Shown here piece after piece: positions 28,172 to 37,185 of a stretch of 50,988 bases of DNA. The stretch lies in the NCBI GenBank assembly GCA_937959315.1, contig CALGRC010000003.1, positions 1 through 50,988 of the forward strand, given 5' to 3'. Below the pieces are notes generated by a model. That model saw only the letters and a list, made by a program, of their open reading frames with translations, was not told where the DNA came from and ran no database searches. The translations under genes and the position numbers were made by a program. This stretch comes from an uncultured Clostridia bacterium. GTDB taxonomy: Bacteria > Bacillota > Clostridia > UMGS1810. Numbering within the stretch: the stretch's first letter is position 1; every line of letters starts with the position of its first letter.

Positions 28172-28612
28172 TTACGGTGCGGATAATATATCAACTAGCT
28201 GCTGTGCTTCTTGCAGGGTAAAATCCTCGGTAATCAGAATACTGTCAGAGTCGATGGGTGCGTATACAGGCGGATTGGCAATCATGGTATTGTCAAGCAT
28301 GAAGCAAAGGCGGTTTTCCACGCTGCCAGATCTGGATAATACCGATTCTGTAGCGTCAGCAAATTTTTCACGGCCGTCAGCGGTAAAAAAAAGCTCTACT
28401 GCGTAGCATTGCTGCTGCTTTACCCATCGCACCCGGGCGCCCAATACATCCTGGGCATCCAAATAAATGGTTCCGTTCGTATCTTTTATGTAAAAGGAGT
28501 CTTTGACACCGGAAAGCTGGGCAATTTGACCAGGTGGTTTTTGATTGGGATAAACACCAACCGGTGTGCTGCCGAGCAGCAAGGCAATGAGAACGCAGCA
28601 AATAGAATGCAT
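28172..28612 (-). CDS. secreted hypothetical protein, C-terminus reminiscent of the SecD/SecF periplasmic head
   Basis: 146 aa with a hydrophobic N-terminus, MHSICCVLIALLLGSTPVG. The C-terminal LCFMLDNTMIANPPVYAPIDSDSILITEDFTLQEAQQLVDIL resembles the LDG.V.SAP.....I....A.I.G.FT..EA..LA..L pattern. AGGAGG RBS. Confidence 0.55.
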   Translation of the reverse strand: MHSICCVLIALLLGSTPVGVYPNQKPPGQIAQLSGVKDSFYIKDTNGTIYLDAQDVLGARVRWVKQQQCYAVELFFTADGREKFADATESVLSRSGSVENRLCFMLDNTMIANPPVYAPIDSDSILITEDFTLQEAQQLVDILSAP

Positions 28613-28643
28613 GGGCCATCCTCCTATTATACGGTTCAGATTT

Positions 28644-28681
28644 TAAAAAAACCGCCGTGTATATGCAAATATCCACGGCGG
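28644..28681 (-). terminator. terminator of ssrA
   Basis: The minus strand reads CCGCCGTG / 14-nt loop / CACGGCGG followed by TTTTTTT, immediately 3' of the tmRNA. Confidence 0.75.
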
Positions 28682-28687
28682 TACAAA

Positions 28688-29038
28688 TGGAGGCGGGGAG
28701 AGTCGAACTCCCGTCCGAAAACCCTTCCACACAAGGCGCTACGGGTGTAGCCTGTGATTGGTTCTCCCGTCCGGATGGTTCACAGGCAACCCACCCGGAC
28801 GGCAGCCGCATCCGTCATGCCGGGGCTATGCGGCGCTTGCCCCGTTCACGTTCACCACGTCAATGACGCCCTAATCCCAGCCCCGCGGTCAGGCCGGAAG
28901 GACGGCTGCCGGACTTAGGCGGCAGCGAGTTCTAAATTATCGTTTGCCTTTATATTTAAAGGTTTTGGTTTTTAAAGCGGCGCAACCCGCTACCCGCTCC
29001 CTGTGCTTCAAAATCCCCGTCGAAACCAGTACGCCCCC
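28688..29038 (-). ncRNA. ssrA: transfer-messenger RNA (tmRNA, SsrA)
   Basis: The minus strand starts GGGGGCGTACTGGTTTCGACGGGGATTTTGAAGC and ends GGGAGTTCGACTCTCCCCGCCTCCA. This gives an acceptor stem with a G3:U pair and a T-arm, with CCA not encoded. The tag ORF GCAAACGATAATTTAGAACTCGCTGCCGCCTAA (28915-28947) encodes ANDNLELAAA*. Confidence 0.95.
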
Positions 29039-29054
29039 TTATTTGGTACCGATT

Positions 29055-29083
29055 ATCATACCACGGACGGCGCGGTTTGTCAA
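29055..29083 (-). promoter_or_regulatory. sigma-A-type promoter for ssrA
   Basis: On the minus strand: TTGACA (29078-29083), a 17-nt spacer, then TATGAT (29055-29060), 16 nt upstream of the mature 5' end. Confidence 0.65.
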
Positions 29084-29095
29084 TACCAAATGCTG

Positions 29096-29203
29096 TTAAT
29101 TGAGGCGTATCATCCGGCGGGCTTGGCGGCAGTCGGCATCATACAGAAGCAGGGCAGGCAGCAATGCTGCGGCTAACAATAATAAAACCCGGACAATCTT
29201 CAT
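29096..29203 (-). CDS. possible 35-aa hydrophobic peptide (unannotated small ORF)
   Basis: AAAAGGAGATGATTTTGCA precedes the ATG. The product is MKIVRVLLLLAAALLPALLLYDADCRQARRMIRLN*. It was not in the ORF track, and there is no supporting evidence beyond the strong RBS and a TM-like core. Confidence 0.3.
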   Translation of the reverse strand: MKIVRVLLLLAAALLPALLLYDADCRQARRMIRLN

Positions 29204-29327
29204 TGCAAAATCATCTCCTTTTATGGTAGTATAGACAAAGAGGCTGCAAAAATATGCAATGTTTGTGCCGGTGCTAAAGAAACAGCCGTCTTAATATACT
29301 GATGGTAAAGATTGGTATAAAGGGGCG

Positions 29328-29825
29328 GTGGCATTGAAAAGATGGAAAAATCCCGGATGGTTTGCCGGGACAATGTTGGTGCTGGTGGCATTGTTGGTGT
29401 TGCTTTGGGGCAGGTTTTTCCTGGTGGAATTTTTTTTGCCCGACCGTCCGGCGGCAGATGCAACCGACACCACGCGGTATTACCGCTTCACCGGCGGTAT
29501 GTTTAACCAGGGGCGGCTGGATATCATTGCGCAGTTTGGCTGGGAAGTCGATGCGCAGCCGATGGAAAGGGAACGGGTGCGCATCCCCAAAAAATTTGAT
29601 GAAGTGTACTGCAATTATAACATCATCCAGCAGCGGGTAGGGCTGGATTTGCGGCGGTACCGCGGCAAGAGCGCCACCCGGTATACCTACCGGCTGAAAA
29701 ACCATCCGTTAGAGCCTGAATATGCACGGGTCAATTTGCTGGTGTACGGCAACAAGGTGATTGCAGCGGATGTTTGCAGTGTGGCATTGGATGGGTTTTT
29801 ACATGGGATAAATGAACGGGAATGA
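29328..29825 (+). CDS. membrane-anchored protein resembling DUF4830
   Basis: N-terminal TM segment (WFAGTMLVLVALLVLLW). The sequence then reads LDIIAQFGWEVDAQPMERERVRIPKKFDEVYCNYNIIQQRVGLDLRRYRGKSATRYTY. TTG 29334 has better SD spacing than GTG 29328. Confidence 0.6.
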   Translation: MALKRWKNPGWFAGTMLVLVALLVLLWGRFFLVEFFLPDRPAADATDTTRYYRFTGGMFNQGRLDIIAQFGWEVDAQPMERERVRIPKKFDEVYCNYNIIQQRVGLDLRRYRGKSATRYTYRLKNHPLEPEYARVNLLVYGNKVIAADVCSVALDGFLHGINERE

Positions 29826-29836
29826 GGGAGAGCTAT

Positions 29837-30556
29837 ATGCGGTTGGATAAAATGCTGGGGAAGTGCGGGTATGGCAGCAGGCGGGAACTGAAATCTATGA
29901 TACGGTCAGGCGCGGTGACAATCAACGGCCGGGTGTGTACCAACGCGGCGCAGCATGTGGATGAAACCGGCGATGTGGTGTGTGTTTGCGGAAAACAGGC
30001 GGTATACCGGGAATTTGTCTATTTACTGCTGCACAAACCAGCGGGATATGTAAGCGCAACGGAAGACGGGCGGTACCCGGTGGTGACACAGCTCGCGGGG
30101 GACCAATACCGGCAGTTCGGCCTGTTCCCGGTAGGGCGGCTGGACGTGGATACCACCGGCCTGTTGCTGCTGACCAATGACGGTGCGTTTGCACACCGGG
30201 TGCTGTCGCCTAAATCGCATGTGCCAAAAACCTATTTGGCGAAAGTGGATGGCTGTTTGACGCAGGCGGATGTCAATTTTATGGCGGCAGGCGTACCGCT
30301 GGGCGGCGGCGAGACGGCGATGCCTGCAAAGCTGGAGCTTTTGGATGCAGAAAATGAGGGCTTGCTGACCATTTATGAGGGGAAATTCCACCAGGTCAAG
30401 CGGATGTTTGCCGCTGCCGGGAAACCGGTCGTACAGCTCAAGCGGGTGAAATTCGGCGCCCTTTCGCTGCCCGGCGGGATGCAAGAAGGGGATTGCCGGG
30501 AATTGACGGCGGACGAACTGGATTTGATTGAACAAAATAGCCAATCAGGCAGATAG
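29837..30556 (+). CDS. rsuA: RsuA-family rRNA pseudouridine synthase (S4 domain + catalytic domain)
   Basis: ATG 29837 is 6 nt after GAGGGAG. The protein starts MRLDKMLGKCGYGSRRELKSMIRSGAVTINGR (S4 domain). HKPAGYVS and the catalytic GRLDVDTTGLLLLTNDG follow. Confidence 0.88.
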   Translation: MRLDKMLGKCGYGSRRELKSMIRSGAVTINGRVCTNAAQHVDETGDVVCVCGKQAVYREFVYLLLHKPAGYVSATEDGRYPVVTQLAGDQYRQFGLFPVGRLDVDTTGLLLLTNDGAFAHRVLSPKSHVPKTYLAKVDGCLTQADVNFMAAGVPLGGGETAMPAKLELLDAENEGLLTIYEGKFHQVKRMFAAAGKPVVQLKRVKFGALSLPGGMQEGDCRELTADELDLIEQNSQSGR

Positions 30557-30874
30557 TTAGAACCGCTGTTTCATGAAAACATACCAAAAAATGAGAAATC
30601 TAAAACGGCGGTTTCCAAAAAATTGCTGAAATAATAAAAGAATGGCGGGGCATTGCCGGTCAATTTTGTGCAGGTTCACCTGTTCCGCATGGCCAATATG
30701 CCGGAAAAAACCGCATAAATGCTGATTTTATGCAAAAGTGCTAAAAGGCAAAAGGGAAATTTGGCTATTTGCCTACTGGTCGGGATAGCGCAAATATGGT
30801 ATATTAATAGTAACACATTGGGTATTGAAAACCATGAAATATTCCATCGATTGGAAATTAGGAGGCATTTAGAA

Positions 30875-31987
30875 ATGGCAGGATTGAAGTTAGACCATAT
30901 TTACAAAAAATACGCAGGCGGCGTTACGGCGGTATCCGATTTTTGTCTGGATATTGAGGATAAAGAATTTGTCGTGCTGGTTGGCCCGTCTGGCTGCGGA
31001 AAATCTACCACGCTGCGTATGATTGCAGGCCTGGAGGAGATTACCGAAGGCGAACTGTACATAGGCGACAAGCTGGTAAACGATGTGGCGCCGAAAGACC
31101 GCGACATTGCAATGGTGTTCCAAAACTATGCATTGTATCCGCACATGACGGTATTTGAAAACATGGCGTTCGGTTTGAAGCTGCGCAAAACCCCGAAAGA
31201 TGAAATCAAACGCCGCGTAAATGAAGCTGCAAAAATCTTGGATATTGAACATTTGCTTGACCGCAAGCCGAAGGCTTTGTCGGGCGGCCAGCGGCAGCGT
31301 GTGGCTCTGGGCCGCGCCATCGTCCGTGAACCAAAGGTGTTCTTGATGGACGAACCGCTTTCCAACTTGGACGCAAAGCTGCGTGTGCAGATGCGTACAG
31401 AAATCAGTAAGCTGCACAAACGGCTGCAAACCACGTTTATTTACGTTACCCACGACCAGACCGAAGCGATGACGATGGGTACGCGCATTATTGTTATGAA
31501 AGATGGTTTTATCCAGCAGATTGATACGCCGACATCGCTGTATTCCAATCCGGTTAATATGTTTGTGGCTGGTTTTATCGGCAGCCCGCAGATGAACTTT
31601 GTGGATGTGAACATTGTCAAGAAAGATGATGATGTATACTTGGATGGGCCGGGTTTTTCCATCAAGGTACCGGAAGGCAAGGTCGCCAAGCTGGAAGCGT
31701 CCGGCTACATTGGCAAAGAAGTTGTTTTGGGTGTCCGGCCGGAGGATATCCATGATGAAGAAGCTATCATCAGTTCTTATCCGGATAGCACCATTGATGC
31801 TTTTGTAGAAGTAACGGAAATGATGGGTGCGGAAACTTACCTGTACCTGAAAATTGCAGATATCCCATTTACCGCCCGTGTCAACCCGCGCAGCACAGCA
31901 CAGCATGGCGATACCATCAAAGTGGTTTTTGACACCAACAAAATCCATCTGTTTGACAAAGAAACAGAGATTGCAATTTTGCACTAA
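30875..31987 (+). CDS. MalK/MsmX/UgpC-type sugar ABC transporter ATP-binding protein (no adjacent permease genes)
   Basis: ATG 30875 follows AGGAGG. Walker A GPSGCGKST, Q-loop MVFQNYALYPHMTV, signature LSGGQRQRVALGRA, Walker B FLMDEPLSNLD and H-loop VTHDQ are present, plus a C-terminal TOBE-like regulatory domain. Confidence 0.92.
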   Translation: MAGLKLDHIYKKYAGGVTAVSDFCLDIEDKEFVVLVGPSGCGKSTTLRMIAGLEEITEGELYIGDKLVNDVAPKDRDIAMVFQNYALYPHMTVFENMAFGLKLRKTPKDEIKRRVNEAAKILDIEHLLDRKPKALSGGQRQRVALGRAIVREPKVFLMDEPLSNLDAKLRVQMRTEISKLHKRLQTTFIYVTHDQTEAMTMGTRIIVMKDGFIQQIDTPTSLYSNPVNMFVAGFIGSPQMNFVDVNIVKKDDDVYLDGPGFSIKVPEGKVAKLEASGYIGKEVVLGVRPEDIHDEEAIISSYPDSTIDAFVEVTEMMGAETYLYLKIADIPFTARVNPRSTAQHGDTIKVVFDTNKIHLFDKETEIAILH

Positions 31988-31995
31988 TCATTTAC

Positions 31996-32033
31996 AAAAA
32001 ACAGGCCACCGCTTAAAATGCGGTGGCTTTTTT
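31996..32033 (+). terminator. rho-independent terminator
   Basis: GCCACCGC / TTAAAAT / GCGGTGGC followed by TTTTTT. Confidence 0.8.
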
Positions 32034-32099
32034 GTGAATAAAAACCGCTGCCTTTGTCTATACTGGTAGTATCTACCAAATAAGAGGGAGGCATGGCTT

Positions 32100-32378
32100 A
32101 TGAAGTTGGAATCCCTGGCGGCAGTATCCCAGGCTTTTCACCCGAAACTGCAAAACAAGCAGGAGCTGGCACATAGCAGGCTGTTGTTGGAAATCCAGCG
32201 GGTGGTAACTGATTTGGAAACAGCCCAGACCCGTTTTTGTGAATTGACCGATCCCGATTTGATTGACGCACAAATTTATCTGATGAAAAGCTTGGAAGCG
32301 CGCTACCGGTTCCTTATCCGCCGCGCGAAAGAGTTTGGTTTGCAGAATTCTGCATTTTCCAGTGAAATTATTATTTAA
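32100..32378 (+). CDS. YaaL/DUF2508-like protein
   Basis: 92 aa. ATG is 9 nt after AGGGAGG. The sequence ...DLETAQTRFCELTDPDLIDAQIYLMKSLEARYRFLIRRAKEFG fits the DUF2508 pattern (..Y.LK..EAKY.FL.REAK). It sits next to bofA, as in Bacillus. Confidence 0.6.
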   Translation: MKLESLAAVSQAFHPKLQNKQELAHSRLLLEIQRVVTDLETAQTRFCELTDPDLIDAQIYLMKSLEARYRFLIRRAKEFGLQNSAFSSEIII

Positions 32379-32430
32379 AGCAGGCATAATCACCTCTTTT
32401 CAGCCGTATACTGTAAAGAGGTGATTGCAA

Positions 32431-32694
32431 TTGGAAACACTGCAATTTTCAACCGTTATCGGTTACATACTGGGCCTTTTGGTATTGTTTGTAGTAACGC
32501 GGATTTTATTGAAGCCTTTGCGTGTTTTTATCCGTTTGCTGGCAAATAGCGTGGCTGGCATTTTGCTGATGATGCTCTTGAATGCATTGCCGTTTGGCAT
32601 TTACCTTGGCATTAACCCCATTACGGCCCTTGTGACTGGGTTGCTGGGCGTGCCGGGCGTCTGCCTGCTGTTGGTGCTGCAAATATTTTTTTGA
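32431..32694 (+). CDS. bofA: pro-sigma-K processing inhibitor BofA family protein
   Basis: Small two-TM protein with ...LANSVAGILLMMLLNALPFGIYLGINPITALVTGLLGVPGVCLLL. TTG 32431 (87 aa) has better SD spacing than TTG 32425. Confidence 0.75.
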   Translation: METLQFSTVIGYILGLLVLFVVTRILLKPLRVFIRLLANSVAGILLMMLLNALPFGIYLGINPITALVTGLLGVPGVCLLLVLQIFF

Positions 32695-32695
32695 T

Positions 32696-32731
32696 AAAAA
32701 ATGGGACGGCCTTATGCTGTCCCATTTGATT
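32696..32731. terminator. bidirectional terminator between bofA and serS
   Basis: AAAAAATGGGAC / 11-nt loop / GTCCCATTTGATTT. Confidence 0.7.
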
Positions 32732-34011
32732 TACAATAAAGCCTGTGGTCTGATGCAGTCGGTGCCCATATAGGGGCGGAGCGCCTCCGGAATGGTCACG
32801 CTGCCGTCGGCGTTTTGGTAATTTTCCAAAATAGCCGCTGTGGTGCGCCCAATAGCGACCCCGCTGCCGTTTAAGGTGTGTACATATTGTGCTTTGTCCT
32901 TTTGGCTCTTTTTGTACCGGATATTAGCCCTTCGTGCCTGGAAATCTTCAAAATTGGAGCAGGAAGATATTTCTACATAGCGGCCGTAGCTTGGCATCCA
33001 TACTTCAATATCATATTTCATAGCTGCGGTAAAGCCCAAATCACCCACGCAGATTTTTACTACCCGGTAGGGGAGGCCCAAAAGCTGCAAGACCCGTTCT
33101 GCATCATTTGTCAGTTTTTCTAATTCTTCATAGTAATGTTCCGGTTCGGTGAATTTTACCAGCTCTACTTTATTAAACTGGTGCTGGCGGATAAGCCCGC
33201 GGGTATCCTTGCCGGCAGATCCTGCTTCTGAACGGAAGCAAGCGGAATAAGCGGCAAATTTGAGCGGGAGCTGGGAACCGTCAATGATTTCATCCCGGTA
33301 CAGGTTTGTCACCGGCACTTCGGCAGTGGGGATAAGGAAGTAGTCGGTGCCCGCCACTTTGTAAGCGTCCTCTTCAAATTTGGGAAGCTGGCCGGTGCCC
33401 ACCATACTGTGCCGGTGTACCATATAGGGAGGGAACACTTCGGTATAGCCGTTTTCAGTGTGGGTGTTCAAATAAAAATTGACAATGGAACGTTCCAGCC
33501 GTGCACCCAGCCCTTTGTAAAAGGTGAAGCGGGAACCGGTAACCTTTGCGGCGGCGTCCGGATCTAAAATGCCAAGGTCTGCGCCAATGTCCCAATGTGC
33601 TTTTGGCTGGAAAGAAAAGGCGGTTGGCTCCGACCAGCGGCGGATTTCCACGTTGTCTTCGTCGGTATCGCCGTCCGGCACGGTTTCATTTGGGATATTG
33701 GGGATGGTAAGCAAAAGCTGCTGCAAGGCGTCTTCTGTTTGACGCACATGGTCGTCCAGCGCTTTGATTTGTTCGGAGAGCTGCTTCATCTCTTCAAAGA
33801 TAGGCGCGGTGTCCTTTCCTTCTTTTTTCAGCGCAGGAATCTGCTTGCTGACAGCATTTTGTTTGGATTTTAGCTGTTCTACTTCAAATAACAGCTCCCG
33901 GCGGTTGGCGTCCAGTTCCAGCAGCCGGTCTAAATGGATGGGTTCTTTGCGCCGTGCCAGCGCTTGTTTTACTTCTTCCGGGTTTTCCCGGATACGCTTG
34001 ATGTCCAACAT
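32731..34011 (-). CDS. serS: serine--tRNA ligase
   Basis: 426 aa, starting [21 protein letters not shown]. There is an N-terminal coiled-coil arm, and class II motifs are present, for example [21 protein letters not shown] and GSGVAIGRT. Confidence 0.96.
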   Translation of the reverse strand: MLDIKRIRENPEEVKQALARRKEPIHLDRLLELDANRRELLFEVEQLKSKQNAVSKQIPALKKEGKDTAPIFEEMKQLSEQIKALDDHVRQTEDALQQLLLTIPNIPNETVPDGDTDEDNVEIRRWSEPTAFSFQPKAHWDIGADLGILDPDAAAKVTGSRFTFYKGLGARLERSIVNFYLNTHTENGYTEVFPPYMVHRHSMVGTGQLPKFEEDAYKVAGTDYFLIPTAEVPVTNLYRDEIIDGSQLPLKFAAYSACFRSEAGSAGKDTRGLIRQHQFNKVELVKFTEPEHYYEELEKLTNDAERVLQLLGLPYRVVKICVGDLGFTAAMKYDIEVWMPSYGRYVEISSCSNFEDFQARRANIRYKKSQKDKAQYVHTLNGSGVAIGRTTAAILENYQNADGSVTIPEALRPYMGTDCIRPQALL

Positions 34012-34025
34012 AACTAAGCTCCCCC

Positions 34026-34448
34026 TTAAGGATTGATTTTATCATATAGATAGCCCTGTGTTTCATCCAATGCTGCGCGGTCCACGTCTTTCAGCATGTC
34101 GCGGGCGGCGCGGGTGCTGCCGTCTTCATATAGCTCTGCTGCTTCCAGCAGTGTTTTATCAATGGCAGCTTTGGCCGTTTGGGCATCCTGCTGTGCTTTT
34201 TTTTGCGCGTCAAGTTCTTCTTTCAAATCATCTACCTGTGCATTGACGGCTTTTAGCTGGTCGGAAAGTTCCTGATTGCGCGCGGTCAGCTCTGAAACGC
34301 TTTCCTGCATGCCTCTGCTTTTGTTTTCATGTTCTGCCAGCTCTTTTTTGTAATTATTTTGCGTCAGACCGGCAATCAATATCAAAACCAGGGCAAAGGT
34401 AAACAAAATGATGGTGTAAAGCCATAAGAATTTTGTGTTTTGCTTCAC
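34026..34448 (-). CDS. membrane-anchored coiled-coil protein (unknown function), co-transcribed with serS
   Basis: GTG start. One N-terminal TM segment ([22 protein letters not shown]) is followed by a heptad-rich, acidic/Gln-rich region. The stop is 14 nt before the serS ATG. Confidence 0.6.
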   Translation of the reverse strand: MKQNTKFLWLYTIILFTFALVLILIAGLTQNNYKKELAEHENKSRGMQESVSELTARNQELSDQLKAVNAQVDDLKEELDAQKKAQQDAQTAKAAIDKTLLEAAELYEDGSTRAARDMLKDVDRAALDETQGYLYDKINP

Positions 34449-34474
34449 AGCCTGTTCAGCTCCTTTTTGATTTT

Positions 34475-34490
34475 TGTTCCACGTGGAACA
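34475..34490. promoter_or_regulatory. parS centromere-like site
   Basis: TGTTCCACGTGGAACA is a perfect 16-bp palindrome that fits the Firmicute parS consensus TGTTNCACGTGAAACA. It lies 112 nt beyond the parB stop. Confidence 0.85.
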
Positions 34491-34601
34491 GTGTATCTGC
34501 TTTAAAATGGCTCTTTCATAAAAAAAGTGCGGTTTTCATCAAATGATATGCGCCATACCAAAAACGTGCGGGAAATAGCCATTTTAAAGGGGCGGATTTT
34601 G

Positions 34602-35447
34602 TCACTTTTCCAAAAGTTTTACAATTCTTTCCAAATCAGACGGGCCGTAATATTCAATTTCAATTTTGCCCTTTGCTTTCCCGTTGATAATTTTCACCTT
34701 GGTTCCAAAATTCCCAGCCAACTGTTTTTCCAGTGCCATCAGCGCGACTTTCACATTGACATCTTCCTGCTGTTTTGGCTTTCGCTTTTTGGGGGATGTT
34801 TTTGCTATGGTTTCCAGTTCCCGTACACTAATACCTTGCTCCACCACCATGCGGGCCAGTTCCGACTGCCGTTTGGGGCTTTCGCATGACAACAGTACTT
34901 TGGCATGGCCAAAGGAAAGCTGTTTGCTGGAAATAAGGCCGATCACATCTTTGGGCAGGTTCAGCAGTCGCAGGGAATTTGCCACCGATGACCGGCTTTT
35001 GGATAATTTTTTAGAAATTTGTTCCTGTGTCAGGGAAAATTCATCCATCAGCTTTTTATAACCCAGCGCCTCTTCAATGGGGTTTAAATCCTGCCGCTGC
35101 AAATTTTCAATGAGCGCCAGTTCATATACCCGCTGGTTGTCAATGGTGCGGATGATGGCCGGGATGGTCTTTTTCCCGGCCAGCTTGGAGGCGCGCCACC
35201 GCCGTTCGCCTGCAATAATCTGATAAAACCCGGTATCCAGTTTATGGACAATGATGGGCTGGATCACCCCGTGTTCGCGGATGGAATCGGCCAAATCGGA
35301 TAATTTGTCTTCATCAAAATCGGTGCGCGGCTGCTGGCGGTTTGGCTCTACTTCTATCAGTTTGAGGTCAACAACTGTTTCGCCGGGCGCGGCTGATATA
35401 TCGTTGAACAGGGCGTCCAAGCCCTTCCCAAGACCTTTTTTTTGCAT
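34602..35447 (-). CDS. parB: chromosome partitioning protein ParB/Spo0J
   Basis: The protein starts MQKKGLGKGLDALF and contains ...NRQQPRTDFDEDKLSDLADSIREHGVIQPIIV...IIAGERRWRASKLAG plus an HTH. ATG 35447 (AAGGAAG SD) is preferred over 35468. Confidence 0.94.
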   Translation of the reverse strand: MQKKGLGKGLDALFNDISAAPGETVVDLKLIEVEPNRQQPRTDFDEDKLSDLADSIREHGVIQPIIVHKLDTGFYQIIAGERRWRASKLAGKKTIPAIIRTIDNQRVYELALIENLQRQDLNPIEEALGYKKLMDEFSLTQEQISKKLSKSRSSVANSLRLLNLPKDVIGLISSKQLSFGHAKVLLSCESPKRQSELARMVVEQGISVRELETIAKTSPKKRKPKQQEDVNVKVALMALEKQLAGNFGTKVKIINGKAKGKIEIEYYGPSDLERIVKLLEK

Positions 35448-35451
35448 ATGT

Positions 35452-36225
35452 TCACTTCCTTTCGGCATTGTTGTCTATCACTTCCTGTGCCAAATCCATA
35501 TAGCATTCGGCGCCGCGGGAGTGTTTGTCGTAAATATGGATGGGCTGCCCAAAACTGGGCGCTTCGCTCAGCCGTACATTGCGCGGGATGACAGAGGCGT
35601 ATACTTTTTGCGGGTAAAACCGTTTTACCTCGTCTGCCACCTGGATGGACAGATTGGTGCGGGCGTCAAACATGGTGAGCAGCACCCCTTCAATGTCCAG
35701 TTCGGGGTTGAGCGACTGCCGCACTTTACGGATGGTGCCGGTGAGCTGGCTTAACCCTTCCAACGCATAATATTCGCATTGGATGGGGATTAAGATGGTA
35801 TCGGCGGCCACCAAAGCATTGAGGGTTAGCAGCCCCAGCGACGGCGGGCAATCGATGATGATAAAATCATAGGCGGGTTTGATGTGTGCCATGGCGTGTT
35901 TTAGCCGGAATTCCCGCCCTTCCATAAGTACCAGTTCCACTTCCGCGCCGGCCAGTTCCACATTGGACGGGCAGAGGGAGAGGTTTGGAACGGATGTTTC
36001 CACACAGGCGGTTTGTATATCCAGTTCCCCTGACAGTACGCCATACACCGAATGCTGTATTTGCCGCGGGTCTGCCCCTACGCCGCTGCTGGCGTTGCCC
36101 TGCGGGTCCAGGTCGATGAGCAGCACACGCTTACCCAGCGCGGCCAAGCAGGCGCTTAAGTTGATGGCGGTGGTGGTTTTCCCTACGCCGCCCTTCTGAT
36201 TGGCAACGGCAATACATTTTCCCAT
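35452..36225 (-). CDS. parA: chromosome partitioning ATPase ParA/Soj
   Basis: MGKCIAVANQKGGVGKTTTAINLSA carries the deviant Walker A, and LLIDLDPQGNASSG is present. 257 aa. Confidence 0.95.
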   Translation of the reverse strand: MGKCIAVANQKGGVGKTTTAINLSACLAALGKRVLLIDLDPQGNASSGVGADPRQIQHSVYGVLSGELDIQTACVETSVPNLSLCPSNVELAGAEVELVLMEGREFRLKHAMAHIKPAYDFIIIDCPPSLGLLTLNALVAADTILIPIQCEYYALEGLSQLTGTIRKVRQSLNPELDIEGVLLTMFDARTNLSIQVADEVKRFYPQKVYASVIPRNVRLSEAPSFGQPIHIYDKHSRGAECYMDLAQEVIDNNAERK

Positions 36226-36276
36226 ACGCCGCCCCCTTTCGTCAGTTTGATATCAAATACCATTATACCATACAAT

Positions 36277-36292
36277 TGTTCCACATGGAACA
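36277..36292. promoter_or_regulatory. parS-like site (one central mismatch)
   Basis: TGTTCCACATGGAACA, 52 nt upstream of the parA ATG. Confidence 0.65.
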
Positions 36293-36354
36293 TTTTTTAT
36301 AAAAAAATCCGCCGGAACAGGAAAAATTCCGGCGGATATAATGGGAATTTAAAA

Positions 36355-37173
36355 CTAAGCATTTTTGGGGATTTTAATGGTATATTCTACATAATTATCG
36401 TATTCCCGCTGGGAAGATACCGCATTGATGCCCGATTCCCGCATGACCGAAACGGCATGCCGGATGGTATTTAAGAAAATTCGGACGTCTTTGAGTACCC
36501 GCACCCGTTTGGGGCGGCTGGCCAGTGGATCTTGCGCTTGTTCCTGCAATGTCCGCTCAATGAGCGCGTCGGTTTCTTTGACGTTGAGGCCTTGTGTGCA
36601 GACAAGTTTGAGGACGGAAAGCTGCGCCGCTTCATCGGGCAGCCGCAGCAATGCACGTGCATGCCGTTCGGTTAGGCCATAATCTGCAATGATTTTTTTC
36701 ACAGATGGCGATAGCTTTAACAGACGCAGTTTGTTGGCGACTGTGGATTGGTTTTTGCCGATTTTGGCGGCAAGCTCTTCTTGTGTGAAACCGTGCTTGG
36801 AAAGCAGCAGGTTGTAAGCTTCCGCTTCTTCCATAAAAGATAAATCCTGCCGCTGGACATTTTCAATCAGCGCCACTACGGCGCTGTCGTCGTCGCACAT
36901 ATCAACGGGGATGGCTGGGATGCGGGTAAGGCCTGCCCTCATAGCTGCGCGCAGCCGCCGTTCGCCGGCAATCAGTTCAAATTGGCCGCCCGGCAGCCGC
37001 CGCACCGAAATGGGCTGCAGCACGCCATACTGCCGGATGGAGCTGGAAAGCTCGTCCAATGCATGCGCGTCAAATACCTTCCGCGGCTGATGGGGATTGG
37101 GCAGAACGTTATGGACGGGAATTTGTATGACCGTCTGTTTGGAACGTTCGGATGGTTTAAACAATGCTACCAT
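36355..37173 (-). CDS. noc: nucleoid occlusion protein / ParB paralogue
   Basis: ParB-like N-domain (NPHQPRKVFDAHALDELSSSIRQYGVLQPISVRR..LIAGERRLRAAMRAG) plus an HTH. It occupies the rsmG-noc-parA-parB position. Confidence 0.85.
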   Translation of the reverse strand: MVALFKPSERSKQTVIQIPVHNVLPNPHQPRKVFDAHALDELSSSIRQYGVLQPISVRRLPGGQFELIAGERRLRAAMRAGLTRIPAIPVDMCDDDSAVVALIENVQRQDLSFMEEAEAYNLLLSKHGFTQEELAAKIGKNQSTVANKLRLLKLSPSVKKIIADYGLTERHARALLRLPDEAAQLSVLKLVCTQGLNVKETDALIERTLQEQAQDPLASRPKRVRVLKDVRIFLNTIRHAVSVMRESGINAVSSQREYDNYVEYTIKIPKNA

Positions 37174-37185
37174 ATGAACACCTCA

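Noticed and set aside
26200-28687. Possible genomic island integrated at the 3' end of ssrA (small XRE regulator, surface-type protein, phosphatase)
   Set aside because: There is no integrase, recombinase or other mobility gene. I found no direct repeat of the tmRNA 3' end (GAGTTCGACTCTCCCCGCCTCCA) at the far side. The genes are separated by ordinary terminators.
30890-31984. 364-aa ORF exactly antisense to the MalK/MsmX-type ATPase gene
   Set aside because: The sense strand encodes every canonical ABC motif in order. Long open antisense frames opposite ABC ATPase genes are a known codon-bias by-product. The translated sequence has no RBS and no recognisable motif.
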